64,000 nt of DNA from Marsupella aquatica (Eukaryota; Plantae; Marchantiophyta). The stretch spans positions 5,241,708 through 5,305,707 of the forward strand of contig OZ316891.1 of the NCBI GenBank assembly GCA_973895155.1, read 5' to 3'. The notes below the pieces were generated by a model. It made no database searches and was not told the DNA's origin. It saw nothing but the letters and a program-made list of their open reading frames with translations. The position numbers and the translations under genes are program-made. Below are positions 12,528-23,879 of the stretch, piece after piece (position 1 is the first letter of the stretch; each line of letters opens with the position of its first letter).

Positions 12528-14224
12528 CATACAAAGCAACGGGGCTCAGCCCATCACATCGTAGACCCTTTCCTTGTTAGGACTACATTTTTTCATTTTG
12601 GTTGAGATACAACAATTATCCATAATTCTACGTCATACATATGGGAAGGAAGTGGTAATACTCTTTCCTCCCGAAAGAAAGTAGCCTAGGAGGTTTTAAT
12701 TAATGAGATTGCACTGGGGATTGCACCTCCCACAATTTCTTTTCATCAAACTTTATAGTATGAAGGGTAGTCAATGCTGAATCCAACCCAGTTTAGGGTT
12801 TATGGTAGAAACATCATTATCAAACTAAAGTAGACTTAGGATGGTTGCATCATTTGCTCCCAAAATACTATAGCCAAGGAGGAGTGTTACAACCCAAGAT
12901 AAACCTTAGTTAAGTCTACCTTAGCTTCAGTCTCAACACACCTACCATGTATATATAAATCCTATTATGTGGAAGGGAAAGCTATTCATTGCTTGGTATA
13001 GTTCAACAACAATGTCATTGTCAGGGCCACTATCTTTGTTTGTACGTGGGTTAAGAAATTTAATCAAGGTTAGCTCCTTCACAACATATGGCTATCATTA
13101 CAGCCAATTTTGGGATCGAATGGCTTGGGTCTCCCTCAAGGTGGCTTTGACCACCCTTAGATAACTTGACTAAGGGTAGGTCAGGTGCGGGGTCAGGTGG
13201 TCTTGTCATCCCATGCTGCACATCATGGCCTTTGTCAAGGGCCAGCCTGTCCCTACGCATAGCCTTTGCTTTTGTCCTGCTGAGGGTGATGATGTTAGGA
13301 ATTGACTCGAGTTCCCGGCTTTAGTTAGTTTGGCCTTACTAGGGTTAGTTGACCTTTGGTTAGTTTAGGATCAGATAAGATCCACTTATTTAGGCCCACA
13401 CATCTTAGTCCCCCTTGGGGGGTATAGGTTGGAGGGAGAGCATTCTCTCCCTTATTCTTCACATGTTCTTTCTAATGAGCTATGGATCCTTCAAGAGTTT
13501 CTCCATCATTGGTGTCTTGTAGGTGTAGTTTGAGATTGTGTGCATTCTCATGTTTTCGCATTGCTGCCTAGTCTGAGCTGACGGTTTCCAACAGATGAAA
13601 GTCACCTGGAAGGAGATTGGAGTGCCCAATCCCAGGACTGGGTACAATGATAGCCATGGAATGTGTTAATTTTGTTAACCCATAATCAAAAACAATGGCA
13701 TTGTGATAAATAGAAAAATTGAGTGACAATGCATATATTATGCCAAAAAGAGTGACAGTGTGATAAATCCCAAAGATTGAAAATGTCAAAATTAAAAAAA
13801 AATGAATGGGGCAAAGATGAACTAAAACATAGCATAGAGCTCTCTCTTTTTGCAAGATTGTTTTGTTTATTGATCTCTATTTTCATTCAAGGAACCAAAA
13901 TTAAAAATAAATTGATTAAGGCAAAGATGAACTAAAACATAGCATAGAGCTCTCTTGTTTTGCAAGATTGGTTTTGTTATTGATGATCTCTATGTTCATT
14001 CAAGCCAGTAATCAGGTGAGTTGTCACCAAAGGACAAAATTCACATAGACTTCATGAGATCATTGTGCCCTGGAATTGTTCTGAAATAGTTGCTCAACGT
14101 TGCTTAAATCGTTGCTTAAATCATTGCCTTTGCAGCAATCATTCTACTGCCCATTTGAATCTTGGACCTCATTCATGCTACCTATGGAATATGAAATTTT
14201 GTTGAATGAATCTTAGGTTTATAT

Positions 14225-14442
14225 CCCTGGGCCCTCAGTCTTAACTAATACATGGAGGATGTGCGAACACTCAAATGGTAATTTTTATTCATTTTGAACT
14301 AATAATTAATATCCTTATTACCAGTAATAAAGAATGTTTTATTAATAGTAAAATGGAAATAACAAGGGGTTAATAGGAAGAGGGCCCAATCGCATGGTCC
14401 ACTTCTTCTACACGGGCTTCTACACGGAGTGAGGGCCCAGGG
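14225..14442. mobile_element. MITE family B, 8-bp TSD GTTTATAT
   Basis: CCCTGGGCCCTCA / TGAGGGCCCAGGG termini; GTTTATAT at 14217-14224 and 14443-14450. Confidence 0.9.
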
Positions 14443-14806
14443 GTTTATATAGATTGCTAGCAACTAGCTAGCCCAAGGCTAGAGTCAAGGGGGAGTTTCT
14501 TAAGGTTTTGACTCAACCTTGGCTAGACTAGGTTAACTAGAGTAAGTTAACCGGAGTTAGCATGAGATGACTAGTAGACTCTTTATGAACTAAAAGGATA
14601 ACCCTTAGTATCCCATGGAGAGAGAGCACTGAGTTGAGAACTTTGTGTGAGAGAGAACAATCTTGGACCATGGAGCAATGTTCTTAGAACGGCCAGATCA
14701 AGAACTAAATTGGAGCCTCAATGAAATGAAACTGCCTGAGAATGAAAGACATCTCAATCGTCCGGCACCAACTAGTCTCTAGATTGATATAATTGGTATC
14801 AGGAGA

Positions 14807-17570
14807 TCACTGATAACGAGCACATGCCTTGTGCCAAGCTTGCGTGCCTGAAATCCAATGCTGGCATGTCTTGATGTACCTCCGCATGACGTTCTCATAA
14901 GCTGGAGGAGCAATGGCTAGAAGAGTCAAAGCTGCATTCTCGAGATCGATAATCCTATCATAAATCATCTTCTGGGCAACGAGTGCACACTCGTGATAGG
15001 TACAGTTCTTCCTTTCAAGGCTGATCAAAGTTACTAAGTTGTGGACATCCCCATTGGATAGTTCCTGCAGTAAACAAATTATAATACCCTGTCAGAATTG
15101 CCACCTGGTGACTAATGTGGCTACTTAGCCTCCATGCTAACATTTCAATGGAACCAACTTAAGAGTGTGCAAGTACAGCTAGGAAACAGAGAAGTAATTG
15201 CGGCTGGGGAAGGAGATGGCTTGCAAGCTGTGGAGCATGAATTTTGTCTGGTAGGACATGAAAGCTTTTTTTTAATAGAATAAGCTAAAGTTCCTATGAT
15301 AGCCTTTTGTTCTCTTTTACATGGGCTCGCTAAAGAGGACACTGTTTGCCGTAATTAGTGTGACTAACACTAATTCGAAAGCGCCCATTTTCAGGGTCTA
15401 CTCGCAAATTAGTGTTCTAGTCACACTAATTTTATGCTAACACTATTTTTGCGCACATGAATTAGAGTTACTATGATCTTAAAAATGGCAAGATAGAGAG
15501 AAAACAATATTTTGAAAAATTCACAACAATTAATGTTACTTTGGACTAAATATTATCCATTTTTTACATGCAATTTAAACTAAAGTGAAAAAAATCTGTT
15601 TTGAAAACCCACAAAAATGAGTGTTGTTTGGATTCAAAATCATTTTTAACAAAATTAGTGTTAAACTAATTTTGTACTAACACTCATTCTTGTATAACAC
15701 CAATTATGGTGACCAGTGTAACAGTGTAAATTTTTGGTAATTTTTGGTGATAACTGGTTGGAATTCTCGTTTCCACTAGCTGGTTGTAGCCTGCGCCCGT
15801 GGTCTCGTCGGCCTGTGGTATTGTCTAGGCTCGATTCCTGGGTGGTTCTCGGTCCCAAAGCCTTTTTTTGGGTTATCTGTTCTACTCTTTAATTCTGGCC
15901 TCCGAGCGGCGGGGAGTGAAAAGCGATGTTTATATCAGAGTGTTTTGCTGAATTAATATATAGTTATTAAAAGTGTTCCCAGTAACAGTCTGCACTTACG
16001 GACCTAAATTAAAAATACAAGAGTATATGAGAAGGTTGCCGCTACTAGAACTGATTGAATCCTAGCTACTATATGTCTGAAATGCGATGAGTAGTCCACG
16101 TTGATGAAGGATTATTAGCAATTCAGGAAACCATCTAGATATGTAATTTATCATAACTGATACGCACCTTTTTGAAGGACCAAATATCATTATGCCAGCA
16201 AACGATGTCGTTGATTGCGTCCCTCAATTCTTGCATTGGAGGACTTTTGAACAAATAGTTGGGCAAGTACTGGCTCTCGAAAATGCCGACGAGTACCTGA
16301 AATCAAACGGATGAAATCTGTTGAATCAGGGATGTCTAAATCAAGATCCTGGCTACAGCTTAGCTCGTGAGTATCCAACAGTATCAGTATCAGTATACTG
16401 TATCAGTATCAGTTCTATGCTGAGTGTATATGGAGCAATGAAGCTATTTAGTTACCTCTCTTGAGAAGAGATCATTAAGCTCTTGACAATTACGTAAGCT
16501 CCACTTACTTAAAGTACTCCAGATCTGTGAGTTCATTTAGATCTCAAGAATGATGAAGTCATCGAAGGGTTCAAGCTTTGACAAAGTAATGATAAGGGAA
16601 GAAGGCTACTTACAATTGTAGGCGCCACTGCACCCGTTTTTCTACGGATGACCTTATAAAGATTGACTGAAGGAATAGTTTCATCTTCTCGATTTCTCGC
16701 CTCATCAAGATTGCCTAGAAAGTAATCTTGGAACGTCTGTGCTAATCGGAGGTTGAATTCGTCTGGCATCGTCCTCACACAGCTGGCCAACAAGTCGCGA
16801 AAGGCCGATGCTGTTGGCCCCAGTTTTCCATCGTACACTGCCATCCTTATATTATCCAACCATTAATGAGTGAACACTGCACGATTCAGTCATGCTAGTT
16901 CGTAAGGGAGTAACTGAAATTGAAAGATCGCTTAGACTAGATATTCATCACTAGACATTCACAGGTAGTTCGTCCACCAACCTGTCTCGACGGGGAAAGA
17001 CTTTGCCCTCTTGAGCATGTTGTTGATGAAATCCCGATTCTTGTCGCGGAGCTCAGCGTTGGGAATCTCATCGAGAAACTTCATCAAGCGTTGGTATAGA
17101 AATGGTTCATCGGGAAAGTTCCACAACAGCACAAGGTGCAGTTCGACAAAGACCGGTAAACAAGACTCCCATGTCTTCCCCAGGACTGTGTCGTCCATCT
17201 GATCGTCCAAGACCCATAGCCACGAGAAGAACTTGGATATCCAGTCAAGAGCCTCCGGCCCATGGTCGACGTAGATCCTGCTCGGCAACTCCGGGAAGTT
17301 CGAATCCAAAAATTTGGCATAGACTTCAGTAGAAAAGACTTTATCTATGCCGTGCTTAAGCAGCCAGTCCCGTGTGTTCTTGACAGCCTTGGCTGCATAG
17401 GTGTTGATGCGGACGGGATATGGGATCGAAAACTGAGGAGCCTTATAATGAAGGAGTTGCTGCTGCCTGTCTTGCTTACTCCACACCTCAACCGTCGGGG
17501 CTTGTACGGTATGCATTATACCGAACTTACCGACTGAGTCACCACTGCGAGGATCTTCCACTGGAGGCAT
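14807..17570 (-). CDS. MTPSL: Microbial terpene synthase-like protein (class I terpene cyclase), 399 aa; exons 17570-16982, 16837-16614, 16296-16168, 15064-14807
   Basis: GT-AG splicing gives a 1200-nt uninterrupted CDS with DDxxD (LDDQMDD), effector Arg (IRRKTGAV), NSE/DTE motif NDIWSFKKE spanning exons 3/4, and C-terminal WxxxxxRY (WHKACARY); single alpha-domain size. Confidence 0.92.
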
Positions 17571-17927
17571 TGATCAACGGGTTTCTCTCGTGTGCATGCA
17601 GAGATATCAACTTGTCCACGGAAATTGACGTTTGAACTCGCTTTAATTACAGTGTTTCCGTCCTACGTCTCGTAATGAAACAGGATACCAAACCCTGAGG
17701 CCTAGTTAGTACAAAGGAAATATAGTCCAGCCTTAGTACAAGGGAAATATAGTGCAGCCCAGCCTTTGTCTGAACAAACCCTGGACGACGAAGCAGGAGA
17801 AGTTGATCAATCACAACTGGCGCAAACGCCGATACCAGACGACGAAGCACGAGAAGTTGATCAATCAGAACTTGCACAACGCCGATACCAAGTGAAGAGG
17901 TATTCTATGTTGCCAGCAAACAGGAGA

Positions 17928-17934
17928 TTTTATA
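17928..17934 (-). promoter_or_regulatory. Putative TATA box (TATAAAA) of the MTPSL gene
   Basis: TTTTATA on the + strand, ~360 bp upstream of the MTPSL ATG. Confidence 0.4.
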
Positions 17935-20900
17935 GCCAAGAATGTTATTAACCAGACACAAATGGTTTCAAATTTGATTTGCTTTCTCGTGACATTTGTA
18001 TTTTTAATGTTTTTTAAAGACTCCAGATTGCTAGCCAGCCAAAAGGGATCTTACCAACCAGGTAATTGATAGCACTAGACACTAATGGTTTCAAATTTCT
18101 TTCCATTTTTGGTGCCATTTATATATTTTATATTTCTTTGAAGACTCCAGATGGCTAGCGAGCTCGCTAGCCAAAAGGGGAGTCCCCAAAAGGGATCTTA
18201 CCAACCAGGTTGTTGATAGTGAGGCAGTTGGATGTAGACAAATAGGGGTCATGCAAAAACAATTTGCTCGTGCAAGGAAAAAATTTACTGTTTGCTCATC
18301 CATTACAATTACCCCCAAGTGAAGAGAATTCTCATAAAATAAGTTAGAGAGGTGGGCACATTTAACATTCTGTTGAATAGTTGGGACACACGATTTGGTT
18401 TGTCACTTGGGTTGCTTTGCCTTTGGGACCCTGTCTCCCAGTTTGGCATTCCTGCTTTTTGGTACTATGATATTTCGGGTGATATTTATAAGGGGAGAGT
18501 CTTGAACTCAATGTAAGTTGTATGTTGATTATTTCGAGGCTGCTATAATGGTGAATCCACCTTTCAGATTTGGTCTCATTCATATTTTGTGTCAAGTATT
18601 TTGATTTTAATGTGCCTTAACCAGGTAAATAATTTGTATTAATTTGATTTTGAATTAACTTTAGGACCCCTCTTAATTTTTAGTGAATTTATAGTATTTT
18701 GAATGTATTTGGCTCCCCTCATCAAGGTTTAATCTTTCCTTTTCAATCACTCCTTAGTGAATTCTCTTTCTTCTCATGAGAGTGTAAGAAATGAATTTGA
18801 TCAATGTGAACATCTGGTGTATTAAGTTCCCCTCATGGTTTACTTTGCAAAATTTATGGTTTTAATTGAGTTGAATGTCATTACCTAGAAGCAAGTGAAA
18901 ATCTGTACTATATATGCATAACTCAACTCTTTAGTACCTTTGTACTTTCTTGGTCATAATGTGATTTTATGTGCATATATTTTACATGTCCCTACTTAAA
19001 TGAATTACATATCACTAGAAGACAAAAAAAAAGACATGTTCCAGGATGAACATGCTATAATCCAGAATCAGAACCTAGGCAGCACATAAAAACAAAAACA
19101 AAGGGAAATCTCTGTAGATTTCATAAATAGCATATTGCAGAATGATCTTAGTCTTGGATGAAGCTAAGTACCTGGCAGAGACACCTAATTAACAGTGTCT
19201 ACCTGACAAGCAACCTACAGGTACCACCTAAGACGGATAGAGGTATTCAGATGGTCAACATTCCCTCACCTTCATCCCCACCAATAAGAGTACAAACAGC
19301 TACAAGTAGTCCTACTAGATATCAATGGTCAAGAGTTGGAGAGTGAAGAGAGAAGAGTATTGTGTCATCATGATGGAGCTCAGCTTGTGATAATTGCCAA
19401 AGCTATTGCTAATGTATGGTGTTAATATTTATATAGTGAAATTGTTTCTTTTGGTCATGGACACACCCTAAACTGGGTGAACCAAACGTCTCTAAGTCAA
19501 GATACATTGGTTTTTCCCTGGGTTTCTCAACACTGTATCTCGACACAACTAGCAATATTGAGGAAGTCCATCCAAATGCAAAAAGTTATTTCACTACACA
19601 ACCCTTCACATGTCCTGGAAAATGTTATTAGGTTTATTTTTTCTAAATGCTCCATGCCACATTGATTCACAGATTGATTGAGTTGTTTTTTGTTTTTTTC
19701 CTGGGAAACTCTTTTGTTTAAGAATAAAGCGAAAAAGAGGGTTTACCACTCCCACAATGAAAATTATTTTCCTTTTAAGTCCTAGGTCAAATCAGCTTAG
19801 GTGAGGTTGGCTCAGGTCAGATCTGCCCAGGTCAAATAAGCTTGGAAGGCATTTAATTATGTCTTTTGCGGCAAACTAATCAGACAATGTTGGCAATCTT
19901 TGCTTTTAATTCTTAACCCCGTGCTCCATTGGTACTAAGATTAATTTTTGCAAGAGTAAACGGTCACAATGTCTATTCTATGAGCCCCAAAAATTTCAAC
20001 GTTTAAATCAAGTAGGAATGAAAGTAAAAATGCATTGCCATGGTCTAAGTTTTGAAATCAGTGTAGGGTGTTCAGGCATGGTTGCACAATATGAGGGAGT
20101 GTTTTTTGTTGTTTTGTTTTGTTTTATTTTTAAGCCACTCTGAATATATATTTAAATTTGTTTACATATTCAGATTTTCTCCAAAATTTCAAAATTTTAT
20201 TATATTTCCATTTTGGGCAGGTGCGGACAGGCATTGGACACACATTTGAGGTGGGGGGAGTATCTAGGTGGATCTGATGGCACCCAAGAAAATCAATTTT
20301 TGATGAAGAGCTAGAATGAACTCTCACTTTTTCCTGATTTTGTAAAAGACTAAAGTACTTTTTGGGTGGCTAGTGTATTATAGTGTTTGATGAGTTGATG
20401 TAAAATAGATGTGGAGGCATGGAACGGGGGGTAAGGTAGTTGGACATGTACATTCATTCATTTTGGCATGGCATAGTTGAGAAAAATGACTGAGAAATGT
20501 ACGTGGATCTATTTTGGCATGGCAGGAATCTGACACCACTTCTCATTTTTGTCCCATATGATTATGCATTATAAATTTTCCCACATGCAAGGCATCTAGA
20601 TGCTTCAATAAGGAAAATCCAATGGCTGAGAATCAAGATTTCAGTTTTGTCCCACACTAGTGTTCACACAAGTGCTCACACATGAAAATAATCTAGATGG
20701 TCCAATTACACAGATCCAATGGTTTAGAATTTATGAGAAGATGTGTATTTTTCACAGAATTTCCAAAATTACAGGAGTCTCTAACTAGACCCGAAATCAA
20801 AAAGTTGTTGAAAAAAAGGAAAAAAAAACATATATATATGTTAGAGAATTTAGAGAATATTGATCATCAATGGTAACTCACATACCTGTGTACTGGGCTA

Positions 20901-21194
20901 TGTACCCGATAGGGTGGTAGGTGTATTTGAGAGCATGGAGGGGGTTTGTTGGGCTATGTACCAGTTATACTCACATACCTGTGGTCAGGGCTATGTACCT
21001 GCGAGTTTCTTGGTAGTAAGTGTATTTGGGAGCATGGAGGGGGTTTGATTCTCCTACAGAGTATTAATTTACATTCATACTGCTCACAGTGGCTATTGCC
21101 CCAGACCTTAAAAATACCCTGCTGCCGACGATCACTCTTCCTTCCGCCAACTGTAAGCATCAATGTACTCGTTATGATTGTAGATGTTCTATTA

Positions 21195-21495
21195 GAGGTA
21201 TAATTCTATGTTGCGAGCAAACAGGATATTTTGATAGCGAGGAAATGTTATTAGCGAGACACTAATGGTTTCAAAATTCATTTGCATTTTGGTGCCATTT
21301 ATATATTTTGTGTTTTTTTAAGACTCCAGATGGCTAGCGAGCTTGCTAGCAAAAAGGGGATTCCTCAAAAGGGATGTTACCAACCTGGTAGTTGATAGGG
21401 AGGCAGTTGGATGTAGAAAAACAGGAGTCATGCAAGAAGTTTTTTGCTCGTGTGAGGAAAATTTTTACTGTTTGCTCGCACGTTACAATAACCCG
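21195..21495. repeat. Dispersed direct duplicate of the MTPSL upstream region (~17895-18320)
   Basis: Shared colinear sequence (ATTCTATGTTGC.AGCAAACAGGA..., GACTCCAGATGGCTAGCGAGCT..., TTTACTGTTTGCTC). Confidence 0.75.
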
Positions 21496-21720
21496 TTCTA
21501 ATATACGTAGGAGTACATAGTTGTTTGCCTATAGACAAATTTGGCAAGGGATCAAGGTCACTCAGGGGATTGTTGAGAATTCTGACTAGCTCTCTCCTTG
21601 TTATGTGGTGACCGGTAGGCTGCTAGTTGGGTAGACGCTATAAAGTGTTGTGTAGATATATATTGCTTTGGTTATTGGGTGATCCCCCCCCCCCACCACC
21701 TCGTTTATTGCATCCAAGAC

Positions 21721-21993
21721 CTTGGGGGGGTCACTTCCATGGAAGTGACATATCACGTGCAACGAAGTACAGGGCCATTTAAATGGTTTTGGTGGAAGAT
21801 TTATTAAATCTTCAATGGAAACATAAGGTTGTTTAATTAAATACATACATGTCATCACATGATTAATGTCATACAACTTTATAGAAAGTGACTTAGGGGG
21901 GTCATAAATGACCCAAACCCTCGCACATAATGTATGACCTTTCATATGGGTCATACATTACGTGGCCCTTCATGGGTGACCCCCCCCCCCCAG
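21721..21993. mobile_element. MITE family A, 8-bp TSD TCCAAGAC
   Basis: CTTGGGGGGGTCAC / GTGACCCC..CAG termini; TCCAAGAC at 21713-21720 and 21994-22001; interior similar to 7329-7659. Confidence 0.85.
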
Positions 21994-22852
21994 TCCAAGA
22001 CTAGCATCATTCTTCACTATCAAGAACTATAATACAATGTTCCTCCTAATTTGAAGTGTCCAAAAAGTAATGAATCTGACCAAAGAGAAGGAATAAACAT
22101 ATTAAATAGAATTATATTTAGTGTGAGGGAAAAGGTGAAACGTTTTCCAAGTAAAAAATAAAGAGTACTGCATAATACCTCGCATAATATCAATGCACAA
22201 TAATCAAGTACTTCCTAGACCATCTATGCATAGTACCATCCATGCCTAGGAAGTCACCAAGAACTATAATACAATGTTCTGCCTTTTCATGTAGTGGTCT
22301 TTTTTTGAATTTGAAGTGTCCAAAAAGTAATGAAAATGTAGACATTGTAATATACAATAATCCTATTAATAAATAATAATTATACACCTTCAAGTGAACA
22401 CAACTTTCAATGATTTTTGATTTTATATGAAGTATGGTTCCATGTCTGATTGAGTCAAAGCAATAGAAACTAAAGGGGGTACTACTGTCATGACTGTGGT
22501 ACTATGATTGTAGGTCACACGCCCTGGTGCGTGTCTTTGTTGTATTCAACAGACCCTAATGAAATCTTAAATTGAGACAATGAATGACAGTTTAAGATGA
22601 GAATGTCATTAATAATGTGTATTAGTGCCACCCCAATTTACATAGAGGATTGGTGAATGGATCAAGAGGTACTTGGTGCCATTTAGTGAATGATGCATTT
22701 TTTTAAAGATCTTGCAACAAAACATTTGAGGTTTTTGAGTATCCCAACAAATGTTAAAGAGGGTTGATCTGAATTCATTTAAAACTAATAAAATTTAGAT
22801 AAAACTATAATTAATCTAATACTTCAGTACATATTCCTTAAATTTGGATTTT

Positions 22853-23879
22853 ATCCCAAACTTGTCCTAAAACGCCGGGACCAGATTGGCCCTGACTCTA
22901 GCAAACAAGTCATGGTTGTTACTCAACTAATAGCCTAGGGGCCAAGTGCACTTGGAACTCAACTTCCATGCCTACTTGGCCTTGCCTCCCCAATGTAAGC
23001 TCCTATGACCAACAAAATGCAGATTGGCTACTGTTTCGGCAGGATTTGGCAAGCGGGCGAGATAGCCCCCGCAAACCCCAAGAATCCATGGCACCCCCAA
23101 ACCCAATGTAATGAGCTAAAGAGGATGTATTCTTCCTTTTTAACGCACCCAAGAAGTCTTTCAACAGACTTCCCATTGAAAAGTTATCGTCATTTTCGTT
23201 TGGTGTCTCCATTTGGTGTCACAATTGTCGCGGCTCACAACTTGGGCTCACCCTTGGCCCAGGGAGACACCACTCCCCTGCTTCTGGATACCTGCCACCC
23301 CCAGACCTACTTTGGTCCCCAAATTTTGGTGCCCTACCTGGACCCCAACCGGTACACATGGGCATGCAACTAACTTGCTATGCCCATAACTTTCTGGCTA
23401 GGCGTCCGTGGGCGGAGTGCCTTAAGTAGTCTGTTGTGATCGAGCCAATCCAGTGCTCATGCCTAGGCCCTCAGAACCCATTGCCACTTGGGTGTCCTGG
23501 GAAACCACACTTGGGCCGCGCCATAACTTATGCTCCAAGAATCCATTGCGCATGAAGTAAACTCCCTTAGTCTTGGGCCCAAGAGGAGCTCTCACTCAAG
23601 CCCTCAAAACTCAAAGTCCATCTGGGGGTCTGGATGGTCCACCTTGAGCCTGGCCCCTTCCCATGACCTGACCAGCCCCAAGCTAGTCTAAGTCTTTAGT
23701 GTGTGCCACTAGCTTAGTGCCTTGCCTTTGCTAGTGCAACACCTAGTTGCCCACTAGTCTCCCCATACTTAGTCTTCACTGGATGGTCGTTCCAGGGCTG
23801 GGACCATATTAGAGGAGCTCGGTGTCGGAGTCAGCGATGCCGAAGCTAAGTGTTAAGGTAGTAAGTTCCCCGCGCGACT
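22853..23879 (-). mobile_element. Truncated, diverged copy of the AGT...ACT LTR
   Basis: Reverse complement of the 5' ~1 kb of the LTR; ends ...AGTTCCCCGCGCGACT at 23879. Confidence 0.75.

Larger units (their letters stand above)
7890..13290 (-). mobile_element. Possible highly degenerate L1-type LINE remnant, fragmented by nested insertions
   Basis: Minus-strand translation near 13000-13060 gives NKDSGPDNDIVVELYQ (resembles the L1 K.PGPDG...EFY motif) and near 12560-12630 gives IMDN...KERVYD (resembles I.DN...EKAYD); many stops. Confidence 0.3.

Noticed and set aside
14486-14690. AAGGGGGAG PPT-like motif followed by LTR-like sequence
   Set aside because: No TG start, partner LTR or TSD could be identified
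15340-15720. CACTG...CAGTG imperfect inverted termini in MTPSL intron 3 (CACTA-like)
   Set aside because: No 3-bp TSD (GGA versus TAA); at most an old TE remnant
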